Of a DNA stretch of 64,000 bases, positions 49,142-62,000 are shown piece after piece. The notes beneath the pieces were generated by a model. The model ran no database searches, was not told the DNA's origin, and saw nothing but the letters and a program-made list of their open reading frames with translations. The first letter of the stretch is position 1; each line of letters starts with the position of its first letter. Position numbers and translations under genes: made by a program. The DNA is from Nemertoderma westbladi (Eukaryota; Animalia; Xenacoelomorpha), in the NCBI GenBank assembly GCA_032718475.1, contig JAUCBJ010007104.1, positions 1 to 64,000 of the forward strand, given 5' to 3'.

Positions 49142-52100
49142 TATGGCAATACGTAGGCTTACCTTACATTTCAGCATTTGACATAGGTAAAGTTCAGAAG
49201 GTACCCTACCTACACCTGTACACCTAGGTACTGAACTGACCTAGGCATAGCGGCATTGGCACCCTATCTCATATCACCTCACCACGATATCTCTCTGTCT
49301 TTCCTTCTTTGTATTATCTGACTCTGACTTGTGTAGTGTAGTGAGTGTAGTACCGGTAGTTGATTGTTTACCTCACGTTCTTACCGCTACCGGTACTGTC
49401 TTCGGGTCCTTCGCTCTAATCGGTTTGCGAAGCAGTGATTTTACATTACAGATTTAAGTAATATCGGTAGGAAAGTAATGACAGGACAGACACGAGACCG
49501 CAGTCGCAAACTGGTAGCGGAACTGGTTGGTAGACGGAGCTAGTCTACATTACTATGAAACATTATAGAAAACAACTAATAAAATCAACAGATAATTGAA
49601 AAACTAATACAAAGGATTCTCCATCGTTTTTTACCCCGTGCATGTTTATCAGTTCAAATGGTTACCACCTTACCTGTAACATAGGCCAAAATAACATTGC
49701 CTTCGCTAGCGAAGTATTCATTTACCACGTGCCAGCTGGCTTCAGTAGTCCTTAATTTTTAGAGAATAAAAACATGCTGTAGTAATATGTACGAACCTTT
49801 CCTCCCCACTGTCAACTCATAGTACCGTTATGGTTTCAGTTATGAAAGCCAACATGACACGATATTCGATAGTGTATTCTGCTATCGAAGGATTCGAAGC
49901 TGCTAAAAACTTTCAGTTTCAAGCATTGCTGTTTTATATGCAACTTCATCGGTACTTACAGTAACCTACTGTAGTAGGTACCCTCCTACAGTGGTGCCTA
50001 CAGTAGCCGGGGACGTGTTATCTTAGGCCCACAACCTGACAACTACAAGCCCTTTGTACAGGTTGTCGGTAGTTTTGATTGATACTTCATAAATTATTGT
50101 ATCACTATCAATTATGGAAGGCACATATGGCTACTAACTACAGTACTTAGGCACGGAATGACGCCCTGGACCTAACCCATATTATAATGGTGTGCGTGCA
50201 TAAAGTCAAATCTTCCACAACAACATGGATCAAGGTTTTCATAGTTACCTAGATCAAAGTGATTGTACGGTGGCTGAATGTGGCCAATTTAATTAATTTT
50301 AAAAATGGGAAATATAAAAAGAAATTAATGAAATATAATTCCTTAAAACAGAAATCCGTTTCGGCAGAAACGTCACGCAGAGAGAGGTCTGACTGGCTGA
50401 TGACATGAAATTATCACAGATTATTCTCTCTACCGTATAATTTATGTTAATGCAAAACTATTATAAAGTGGTATTATACGAACAACGTATAAGCAGTATG
50501 CATTCTACATCCTGATAACAAATGTTCTGAGTGTATAATTACTACATCGGCATAAGGTAAGTTTTAATAATTCTGACACACAAATTGGGTCATCTTCAAT
50601 CTCTTACTTATAAAACATAAATTATCTGTCAATACCCGTCATCTATCTCACGGACGGGTACTGTGTGCGACTTTGGATTGGGGTGCAGATTAAGAGGGGG
50701 TTGGAAGGAACTGTCCCCTCTTCTATGATTTATTGGTGGTTTTGTGAAATTTCTTAGATACCGATTTCGTGATAAGAATCGCTCAATTTAAATTTGAGTC
50801 TCATAAGCTGATCTTCGTGCTGCGCGAAGGCCCCACGAACGAATTAGTAGATAACAGTTCCTGTTATTATGTTAGTTTTTATCAAATCGATAGGCCTGTG
50901 AGTCGGTGGGTCAGGTCAGTTATCTGGGTGCGTTCAACACAATAATAACAATAATATATTATGGCACTTACTTGCAACTTAATTTGCTATTAAGTTTTGC
51001 TACAAACCACCTGATATTTTCTATACTGACTATTCGGGGAGGAAACGCCTTTCTTGTGTTTTTTGTTAGATAATTACTTAGATAAAGCGATTATTAATTT
51101 AAAATATTACAGAAATATTAGTGACGCACAGTATAAAATAATTTACTCCTACAAAACGCACCAAAAGTAGATGATTGTGCACGACAATGCAAGGATTACA
51201 TATAATAAAATCATTAACAACATTATATACGCAATGCATATTTTAGTTAATCAAATTTCCTAAAACAATTGCATAATAATCATGGTAAATAAATATAAGT
51301 TTGCTTTTCCGGCAACTTAATAACTCGGGGTCCCGTCTTACTAACTATTAATTCAATCAAAGTTACAAAATTATATACCTGATAATAAATTGTTTTGTGA
51401 TAGGCAAAAATGTGTCTGGCTTGTCTGGCGGCGACTTTAATGCCACATAATGCGATCTGGGAGTGCAGTAGGCAAGGAAGATGTGTCAACTTTCCTGATG
51501 GCAATAATTTCAAGATAAGAATAGTCTTCGAGGACCCAGAAAGATAGCAATCCAACTAAATCCAGCCAATCACGAAACAATTAATAGTCAGGCTTATTTG
51601 TATGAGATTTGTGGGGCGAGCCACTAAGTCTAGGTACGCATTTGTGGTGCTGTAATTAGTGGACCGTCTGTCGCCGTCGTTGGAAATGTTTAATCATTGA
51701 AGAATCGGAACCAAACTTGGTGCACATCATTTATTGTCTTTATATCTTGTCGGCCCCCTGTCGGTCACCAGGGGGCGTGACCGATTCGGCTAAATTGTAC
51801 AGCTGCACAAACGTTCATCAAGACTTAGTGCTGAAAGATGTCCCCAAGTAGGTGTTAGTTAATAAGTCATGGTCTTGATTTACAATGAATATGAAATTAC
51901 TTGCCCCTTACTGTGGCCCCAAGAATATGGTTAAATCATATTTTCATATGTTTAACAACAAACGTGACCTAATAATGCCATTAATCACTGGCGTGCAGGG
52001 TAGATTCACGTGCAACACTACTGCTTGGTGTTTTATTACCCCCTTCCCAAGACTGATTTGCAATTTTATACAAAACAAAACAAAACATACAAATATAAAT

Positions 52101-52165
52101 TATCCGATTAAACTGTAGACGAACATTTATTAGAAAAAAAAGAGTTAACTAATTATTTCTGAGTT

Positions 52166-53075
52166 TCATGTCTGCACATTTGCATAGCAACCCTCCGGAG
52201 GCATATACATCTTAGGAAATGTCAATAACTGCAACCGATTGAAGGCATACTTTGCGATACCGCAGTTTTTCCGCGCATTCTCCAGTCGTGTCCCGTTGCC
52301 TCGGAAACAATCCAACGCGTGGCGGAACTCTCCCGGGAGCGAGGAGAGATCGTGCTGCTCCGCCAGACACCGGCACTGCTCCAACGTTACCGACATCGAG
52401 GTGCGATCCTTCCCGGACTTGCAGCTGGTAAATCGAACCCCGCGACACCGCCTAACCAACTCGCCGCACAACTCCAGTAACTCCACGTTCTTTGACTTCT
52501 TCACGGATATAGACGCGCGGATAAACCCAGCGAGCGCGGTGCAACGTTCCTGCGCGTAGGAATCCAGGAACGACGAAGCATCTAGAGAGTACTCGATTAG
52601 AGCCTCGGTAAACTCGTTGTTGATTTCTTCCTGCAACGATGTGTCTCCAATCCGCTCCGCGAGAGTGGCTCGTTCGTTTATACCGATGGAGACAAGGGTC
52701 GGTCGCAGTTTAATTAGCTTCCCCGCCTGCAGATCTAACGGGATCGCTCTGAACAACTCCTCTGGGATTGCCAACGACGCTATACAAGTAACCCGACCAC
52801 CAGATAAACTCGGAATCCCAAAGTCACCTGGAACTATACGGATAGATAAATTGGATAGATCCTTTACCGCCACATAGAAATCCTGAATCATTCCCAGTTC
52901 CTGCAGATGGGGGGACAACAATGACTCGAATCCCAGAAGAATACCCGCAGAGGTTATCTGATCGAAGAATGCAGTACCGGCGCACTGGTGGGGGCTGTCG
53001 GTAGAGTTGCAGACACAGAGATTAGTAACTATCTTATTGTAAACACCACAAAGAACGGCAGGGATCATCTGTGAT
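52166..53075 (-). CDS. INPP4: Inositol polyphosphate 4-phosphatase (INPP4A/B-like), exon 4, catalytic domain
   Basis: tttttctag|ATCACAG; FESLLS...ELGMIQD, IGINERATLAER.GDTSLQEEIN, RFTSCKSGKDRTSMSVTLEQ (CX5R), KYAFNRLQL..FPKMY.PPEG.Y..VQT*. Confidence 0.95.
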
Positions 53076-53341
53076 CTAGAAAAATTAAATATATAAATTA
53101 TTAATTAATAAATGAAACTATTAGAAATGTGAAAAAATCGCAGAAAACAAGGGACTAGCCAGAGCGAATCTCTGTTTAGCATCAATAAATAAGTAGCTAA
53201 ATGAGTAGCAGTTTCCTTTGGGGAGTATAGTTGGGGGGGGGGGGGGGGGGGGGCACTGGAAATTCATTGTAAGTAAATCCAAAATCTACATAAAATAACT
53301 TTATGTTTATGTTCATTATTAATATAAAGTTACATACATAC

Positions 53342-54522
53342 CGACAAATATCTCTGCGTAGTGTGATGGACTCTAAAGTAGAGATGGAAGTTTGTCCTTC
53401 TATAAGAATAAGGAAGGTGAGTGCGCTCTGGGCTGCAACGTAGAGCTTTCTCGCGGACTTGGCGTAACGGTTGACTATGTACTGGAGATAATCGTTCCAT
53501 TTGTTACCGGGATCGTGGCCGGCCTCCCCGTGGAGTTGGGCAAGGAACTGGGCGATGGGGCGGAACGATTGGAGGGAAGATGAGACGAGAATATCCCACG
53601 AGCTGTAGGGGGAGGTGGTTGGCAGGCGGCGCGGAAACAGGGGCTTAGGGGTGTCTTCTGATTGGGTGCTGGTTGGTGAAGCGGATGACGTTGAAGAGTT
53701 CGCGGATGATGTTTGGGGGCTTGCGGGCGGCGGTGTTGTTGATCTAAGGGTGGCTGCTCTTTTTGACGCGGCTATGGGGGATCGAAGGGGTGAGATGGTA
53801 GTCGACCTAGGGATGTGGGCGTGAGTGGCAGCTACTGAATGAAGTGGGGTTGTTCTGGCGCGGGGGATTGTGGGTGTTGAGTTGGGAGAGGACGCCGTTG
53901 TAGGTAAGGGGTTGTCGGGCTCACCGTTGGGGATTGTATCGGGGGAGGTAGCGAGAGGCGAGACTACTGTACTTGGCAGTTTAGTGGCGATGGGTGAGTG
54001 AACATATTGAGCGGGGCGGCAGGAATCCAGCCTCCTTGCTGACTGCTCCAGTAACTCGTTGCTCGCCAACATTGTTAGTTGGGCTACTTTGTCTGCGAGC
54101 ACCGCTCCATGGCCCAACACCGTCTGGGTGTCCAGCTGGTTCCCCGCATCAGAGACCAGTCTGCAGTAGGAGTCTACTGATGTCCACAACGCCTTTAAGT
54201 TGTCAACTAGGCTCTGAGCCCGACATATGGCGGAGTTCAAGTCAATTTGTTCATTCATTTCTAGCAGTTTCTTCAAGCCACCCACTTTGTATTTCATTGA
54301 GTAGGCCGTCGGCGCTCCAAACGTGATGACGTCATACACCATGTCCACGCCCTTGGAAGGTTCTAGAACACGGCAGCGTTGTAGATGTAGATTCGTTGGC
54401 AGGAAGTCCAATTCCGTATCCGATTTACGGCTGCTCGCTTTGAACCAGGGGCCGTTGTAGTTGAACAGACTGCTAAGGTTTTCACAGAACCGCTTGATGA
54501 GAACTTTGTGGTTGTCTAGAGC
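53342..54522 (-). CDS. INPP4: INPP4 exon 3
   Basis: cccttttag|GCTCTAGAC; GPWFKASSRKSDTELDFLPTNLHLQR, YDVITFGAPTA, an S/P/T-rich linker, then LRRDIC R|gtatgt (phase 2). Confidence 0.9.
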
Positions 54523-54957
54523 CTAAAAGGGAAAAACCACAGATATAAAGAGAACTTTGTGGTTGTCTAGAGCCTAAAAGGGAAAAACCACAGATATAAA
54601 GAGAACTTTGTGGTTGTCTAGAGCCTAAAAGGGAAAAACCACAGATATAAAGAGAACTTTGTGGTTGTCTAGAGCCTAAAAGGGAAAAACCACAGATATA
54701 AAGAGAACTTTGTGGTTGTCTAGAGCCTAAAAGGGAAAAACCACAGATATAAAGAGAACTTTGTGGTTGTCTAGAGCCTAAAAGGGAAAAACCACAGATA
54801 TAAAGAGAACTTTGTGGTTGTCTAGAGCCTAAAAGGGAAAAACCACAGATATAAAGAGAACTTTGTGGTTGTCTAGAGCCTAAAAGGGAAAAACCACAGA
54901 TATAAAGAGAACTTTGTGGTTGTCTAGAGCCTAAAAGGGAAAAACCACAGATATAAA
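54499..54957. repeat. Nine identical 51-bp tandem repeats spanning the INPP4 intron 2/exon 3 acceptor
   Basis: Unit gagaactttgtggttgtctagagcctaaaagggaaaaaccacagatataaa starts at 54499, 54550, ... 54907. Confidence 0.97.
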
Positions 54958-55121
54958 ATAAAACTACAAGTTCTAACTCGACAATAAGTGCGCACGGTTC
55001 AGTAAATACAATATGGTTTAATTTTTCTCATAATATGATTATAATATGATTCTCATAATTATTCTTATTATTAAGAATAATTCTCATAATATGAAGCTGA
55101 AATGCGCTGATTTCAACTCAC

Positions 55122-55449
55122 CTCCTTCCTTATTAAATCGTGTTGGACATCCAGCAACCCGATGCTCTTCAGCCTATCAACCTCGTCCTCCTCTTCCTCC
55201 AACAGTAACTGTAGATACTGTTTGGGGACCTCGACGCTCAGCCTGCTCTCCACCATGGACTCGATCACGGGTATGCGGTCGCCCGTGTGACTAACGAAGC
55301 GGTACTTCTGGGTGGTCACGTGACCCCACACAGACCGCCAGGGTCCCTTCAGCGAGTGGAAACAGTTCCGAGAGTTTCCGTTGGAGGCGCTCGGCTTCGT
55401 GGCTAAGCTATCGAGACTTCTCGCCAGGCTGTTGGTTTTCTTATAAGCG
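55122..55449 (-). CDS. INPP4: INPP4 exon 2
   Basis: actttcag|CGCTTAT...AAGGAG|gtgagt; TQKYRF...VIESMVESRLSVEVPKQYLQLLLEEE; phase 2 in, phase 0 out. Confidence 0.88.
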
Positions 55450-56246
55450 CTGAAAGTTAAATAATTCATTTAACGGTGGTAAATAAATAAGATTCATTGT
55501 GCTGTGCTGACTGCTTGCAGGGTAGCAGAATGTCACAAAGTTACAAAATCCAAAGATTGTGGGCTACTGCTGCTACTTCTTAAAAGAGTCTATGACTTAG
55601 TATAAAACTATTTAAGTGGTGGCAAAAAAGTAGACCTTTTTTGTCGAGCGATAGGCCTATTCTTTGGCGAGCGTTGCGAGACAAATAAGAAAGCAAGACA
55701 AAAATGTTACTTTTTGCCACCACACTTACGCTGTTTTATTTGTTCTAAGTCTTCTCACTTTTATCTGGGCCTATTTCAGCATAAATATCGTCCATCGAAG
55801 CTTCTTCCATAGTGAAATACGGGCATTACTACACCTTGGGTGGGTACCCATAGTTAATTTTTTAATATAAAAAGGCTTTTATCATGAGGTTTTATTTCTA
55901 GAACAAATATTTGACCTTCTGACAGTACCGGTAGTATGGTAAAAAAAACAAAAACAAAAATATTTATCAAAATTGATAACTACCGGTACCGGTAACACTT
56001 GTTCTATAACAATTATAAAAAAAAGTAGAAAAAACTAGCTAGTACTGCAGTATAAGAAAGTATCTATTTAATCTATTACCGGTGTCTATTATCTATTTAA
56101 ATGCAATATTATTATTAATGTCATGGAAACATTACTTTTTTGTTGACATAAAAAGTGTCCTTTTTTATCAAACTTGTTAACGACTTCGACAAAAAAGTGA
56201 CTTACAACAAATAAAAATAATTAATTAAATCTGAATAAATGCTAAC

Positions 56247-57361
56247 CTAATCATCCTATCGTCCGGAGCAAGTCTCATTCCGTGTTCGTCGAACAGACTG
56301 GTGGCTGATTGGCCAGAGAAAGCCGGGCTGGGAGAGCGGACGGGACTGCGGCTTCGGGCCAGGATGGGGCTGGCAGGAGGGCGGGTGGGGGTGGGGTCGG
56401 GGTCGGGGTTATGGTTCGAAACCCCAGGGAAGATAGACTGCCAAGCCAGAACGTTGATGTATCCAATAGGAATACCTTCAGCGGATTGAATAGAAGCCGT
56501 AAACTGATTAGTTTGCAGCAAATCCGCGAGAGTAAAGGTCGCCTGTCCCATATAATCTGATCGGTCTTCCACGCATTCGTAAACCGCGAGTTTTAATCGC
56601 GTAATCGGAGAGAGAAAAGATTGAGAAGCGAAAACTACGGATGTTAGGAAGGAAGGGTTGGAACAGTCAGATATTGTCTCGGTTTGCGCGTGTTTAGTCC
56701 AGTACGTACTGGGTGGTGTTGTGTAACTAACTACAATGTAGGTGCTAGGTGTGTCTACAGCGCCAGCATTGAACTTACAACCCATAGCCATTTCCAAAGG
56801 AGGTTCTTCAATGTTAGACTCGGTATCCATGTTCTCTAAAGGAGAACTAGAGCGTCTAATAGCGGGGTCTAGCGTTGGGTCTCTGCCTGTTTTACTAATT
56901 ATTTGTTGACGTAGGTTCTGATACGTGTTGTTTAGGTGTTCGTAGCTACAATTATCCAGGACGTTTGTCCATGCGCGGTATTCATGCTCGTCCGGCGCAC
57001 ACAACACACACCGATTATAAGAATCGTAATTTATAGCAAAAAGGAAAGGTCTGTCCCCTGCGATATTTCGTTCCAGGGTGTACTTCTCTAAAACTAATAA
57101 TGAGGTCGGCTCCGTTCCAGATAAAGGGCGATTCCATCCTTTAAATAAAAATAAAAGGTTTCCTTTTAATCTGCAGAAATGTTCGCAGTAACTATTAGGC
57201 TTAGATTTGTGTTTATGGGATTTTGCGCTATCGCTTTTATGTGATTTTGTGAGTTTTATGTCGGATTTTGATTCGCACTGAACGAAAAGGACGCCTTCTT
57301 TGTCGTAAACATCTTCGGCCAGATTGGCCACAGCGACTAATTCTTTCGAGTTGAACTTCAT
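56247..57361 (-). CDS. INPP4: INPP4 exon 1: PH domain + C2 domain
   Basis: MKFNSKEL...DKEGVL...FCRLKGNLLF..K (PH), then HAQTETI...SNPSFLTSVVF...TRLKLAVY...MGQATFTLADLL (C2); donor AG|gttagc. Spliced total ~1177 aa. Confidence 0.9.
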
Positions 57362-58576
57362 CCAGAAGTCAGTACTACAGCAGTAAGACCAACTGACCAA
57401 GGCAGCAAGCAGCAACGTGCGGTTTTGTTTACTGAGATTACAGGCAGACAGGCAAACCGGTACCGGTCTGCCGTTAGTGCAGTAGTGCGCAGTAGTGGGT
57501 AGGCCAGTCTGCCAGTAGGCCTAGTCCAGTCTGCCAGTAGTCCTGTACTACCTAGGCCTGTCGATTGCTGGATTCTGGGATTGATGTGCAAACAAACCAT
57601 AAACAATCCGCCTGTCCGTACGCCTGTACGCGTAGCAGCATAGGCTTACTGCTGTAGCAACTTATCAATTCAATTAATTACCGTTATTTGAATTTAGATG
57701 TTACCGGTATCATTAAATTTATTTAAGTTATTAACTGATTAACAGAAGTACTACTGACTACTGCAGTACTGACAGACTGACTGATATTGTACACCAACCC
57801 GCCGGTGTCAGCAGGAAGTACTACTTCCGATACGCCGCTACCGGTACAGGAACTACTGCACAACAGTCAACAGTGCAACAGACTAATACATAATAGAAAT
57901 GAGACAGAGGGAAACTACCGGTACTAGACTACTGTACCGGTACTACGCAAATCCCATATACTGATATAGGCGAAATTAATATTTCAATCTCTTCTAAGAT
58001 AATTAACAATAAAGACTGAATAATAATTCTCATTTGAGGCAGTGAGGATGAAGAGAGTAAATGTCACAATGGCATGTTATTCGATATTCGAACCAAAACA
58101 ATAAAGGAGAGTCAATCTGTCAATAGCTGTGGTTAATTTTCATTTTTGTTTGTACCTAAATAGAGAAAAAGGATAACATTAGATATTGAGGTAGAGCCGA
58201 ATGCAATTTTAGCTCATTTGCTTTACCTCAATCTGTCAATAAACTATCTTGCATTCTTGCACTCCCTCAATTTATTGTCTATCTGTCTGTCAGCACTTGA
58301 GATGGTTGATGTAATAATAAACTTAATAATGATACTGTCAGACTGTGTAATAAGTCTTAATACAATAACAGAATAAACGTAATACAGTAATATCTTTCTG
58401 TCGGTCTATCTGTCTGCCTGCCTATATCGATCGATAGTATGAACTTTCGAATGGGAAATATTACGAATGCCTGTTACGTTTACCATACCAACTGGTTGTT
58501 TGTTATGGTGGGTGACATTGTAAGAAGAATGTGTAATAAGAGTTATGTGTTAAGTAGGTGCTAAGTAGGTATTATT

Positions 58577-58655
58577 CAGTGGCGTGGTCAGGCCATACAT
58601 CTATTCGGGAAAATTCCCGGGCCCCCTTGACGATCTGGGCCCCTCGGGCCCCCCA
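58577..58655 (+). mobile_element. Possible left end of a MITE / non-autonomous DNA transposon
   Basis: cagtggcgtggtcagg terminus followed by repeated gggccc subterminal motifs. No matching right end seen in the window. Confidence 0.35.
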
Positions 58656-58920
58656 GTGGTAGAAAATTATATTGATGTTAGAAAAAAATATAGTAGTAGG
58701 TATTACGTTTTTCCAATAAAATATAAGCAACGAAACCAAAACAATAGCTACAAAGGCTTCCTGTCGCAGTGAGCAAGCACAGCACTAATCTAAGAGGGGT
58801 GGAGAGGATGAGGGGGGGGGGGGGGGGGGTAGTAAACGTTGGTAGGAGCACATACCAGTATTATTATATTTTGAAAAAGTCCCCTCAGGCGTCAAGCAAG
58901 GCAAACAGTGTTGAAGTTGA

Positions 58921-59048
58921 ATTGGTATTTGGTATTGGTATTGGTATTGGTATTGGTATTGGTATTGGTATTGGTATTGGTATTGGTATTGGTATTGGTA
59001 TTGGTATTGGTATTGGTATTGGTATTGGTAATGGTATTGGTATTGGTA
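58921..59048. repeat. (ATTGGT)n hexanucleotide microsatellite, ~21 copies
   Basis: Direct inspection. Confidence 0.97.
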
Positions 59049-59049
59049 T

Positions 59050-62000
59050 ATATTGGAAAATATACAATATTTTGGACAAATTGCCCGGAAATCCGGACAT
59101 TTTGTCCGGATTTTTGGATGTCAGGACATCGTAGTGCCTGGATGTCGAACATCGTAGTGCCCGGATGTCCGGACATCCGGACGTCCGGGCGACTTTGGAA
59201 CAGTCAAATAGACAGACAGACAAGTTTAATGGACACCCAGATTTTCAGAATTCCGGACAATATTTTGGAGAAATTGCCCGGAATTCCGGACATTTTGGCC
59301 GAATTTTTTGATGTCCGGGCATTCTAGCGCCCGGGCGTCCGGACATCCGGACGTCCGGGCGAATTTGGAACAGTCAAATAGGCAGACAGACAGTTTAAAG
59401 GACAACAAGATTTTAAGAATTCCGGACAATATTTTGGAGAAATTGCCCGGAATTCCGGACATTTTGGCCGTATTTTTTGATGTCCGGGCATTCTAGTGCC
59501 CGGGCTCCGGACATCCGGACGTCCGGGCGACTTTAGAACAGTCAAATAGGCAGACAGACAGTTTAAAAGATTCCAGATTTAGAGAATTCCGGGCCGTATT
59601 TTTGAGAAATTGCACGGAATTCCGGACATATTGGCCGGATTTTTGGGTGTCCGGGCATTCTAGTGCGCGGGTGTCCGGACATCCGGACGTCCGGGCAACC
59701 ATGGAACAGTCAAATAGACAGACGGACAAGTTTAATGAATAGCCAGATTTTCAGAATTCCGGACAATATTTTCGAGAAATTGCCCGGAATTCCGGACATT
59801 TTGGCCCTATTTCTTGATGTCCGGGCATTCTAGTGCTCGGGCGTCCGGACATCCGGACGTCCGGGCGACCTTGGAACAGTCTAATAGACAGACGGACATG
59901 TTTAATGGACACCCAGATTTTCAGAATTTCTGACAATATTTTGGAGAAATTGCCCGGAATTCCGGACATTTTGGCCGTATTTTTTGATGTCCGGGCATTC
60001 TAGTGCCCGGGCGTCCGGACATCCGGACGTCCGGGCGACCTTGGAACAGTCAAATAGACAGACGGACAAGTTTAATGGACACCCAGATTTTCAGAATTCC
60101 GGACAATATTTTGGAGAAATTGCCCGGAATTCCGGACATTTTGGCCGTATTTTTTGATGTCCGGGCATTCTAGTGCCCGGGCATGCGGTCATCCGGACGT
60201 CCAGACGAATTTGGAACAGTCAAATAGGCAGACAGACAGTTTAAAGGACAACAAGATTTTAAGAATTCCGGACAATATTTTGGAGAAATTGCCCGGAATT
60301 CCGGACATTTTGGCCGTATTTTTTTGATGTCCGGGCATTCTAGTGCCCGGGCTCCGGACATCCGGACGTCCGGGCGACTTTAGAACAGTCAAATAGGCAG
60401 ACAGACAGTTTAAAAGATTCCAGATTTAGAGAATTCCGGGCCGTATTTTTGAGAAATTGCCCGGAATTCCGGACATATTGGCCGGATTTTTGGGTGTCCG
60501 GGCATTCTAGTGCGCGGGTGTCCGGACATCCGGACGTCCGGGCAACCATGGAACAGTCAAATAGACAGACGGACAAGTTTAATGAATAGCCAGATTTTCA
60601 GAATTCCGGACAATATTTTCGAGAAATTGCCCGGAATTCCGGACATTTTGGCCGTATTTCTTGATGTCCGGGCATTCTAGTGCTCGGGCGTCCGGACATC
60701 TGGACGTCCGGGCGACCTTGGAACAGTCTAATAGACAGACGGACATGTTTAATGGACACCCAGATTTTCAGAATTTCTGACAATATTTTGGAGAAATTGC
60801 CCGGAATTCTGGACATTTTGGCCGTATTTTTTGATGTCCGGGCATTCTAGTGCCCGGACATCCGGACGTCCGGACGAATTTGGAACAGTCAAATAGGCAG
60901 ACAGACAGTTTAAAGGACAACCAGATTTTAAGAATTCCGGACAGTTCTTTTAAATTTCCCGGAAATCTGGACATTTTGTCCGGATTTTTGGATGTCCGGG
61001 CATCGTAGTGCCCGGATGTCCGGACATCCGGACGTCAGGGCGACCTTGGAACAATCAAATAGACAGACAGACAAGTTTAATGGACACCCAGATTTTCAGA
61101 ATTCCGGACAATATTTTGGAGAAATTGCCCGGAATTCCGGATATTTTGGCCGTATTTTTTGATCTCCGGGCATTCTAGTGCCCGGGCGTCCGGACATCCG
61201 GACGTCCGGGCGACCTTGGAACAGTCAAATAGACAGACGGACAAGTTTAATGGACACCCAGATTTTCAGAATTCCGGACAATATTTTGGAGAAATTGCCC
61301 GGAATTCCGGACATTTTGGCCGTATTTTTTGATGTCCGGGCATTCTAGTGCCCGGGCATGCGGCCATCCGGACGTCCAGACGAATTTGGAACAGTCAAAT
61401 AGGCAGACAGACAGTTTAAAGGACAACCAGATTTTAAGAATTCCAGACAGTTCTTTTAAATTGCCCGGAAATCCGGACATTTTGTCCGGATTTTTGGGTG
61501 TCCGGGCATCGTAGTGCCCGGATGTCCGGACATACGGACGTCCGGGCGACCTTGGAACAGTCAAATAGACAGACAGACAAGTTTAATGGACACCCAGATT
61601 TTCAGAATTCCGGACAATATTTTGGAGAAATTGCCCGGAATTCCGGACATTTTGGCCGTATTTTTTTATGTCCGGGCATTCTAGTGCGCGGGCGTCCGGA
61701 CATCCGGACGTCCGGGCAACCATGGAAAAGTCAAATAGACAGACGGACAAGTTTAATGAATAGCCAGATTTACAGAATTCCGGACAATATTTTAGAGAAA
61801 CTGCCCGGAAATCCGGACATTTTGGCCGTATTTTTTGATGTCCGGGCATTCTAGTGCCCGGGCTTCCGGACATCCGGACGTACGGGCGACTTTGGAACAG
61901 TCAAATAGGCAGACAGACAGTTTAACAGATTCCAGATTTAGAGAATTCCGGACAGAATTTTGGAGAAATTTCCCGGAATTCCGGACATTTTGGCCGGATT

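Noticed and set aside
54499-54957. CRISPR-like appearance of the regular repeats (also the 23-, 63- and 170-bp arrays)
   Set aside because: No unique spacers, no cas genes, and a eukaryotic spliced-gene context.
58921-59048. Telomeric repeat or GI/NT dipeptide protein
   Set aside because: ATTGGT does not match TTAGGG/TTAGG-type repeats and is internal; the ORFs are microsatellite artefacts.
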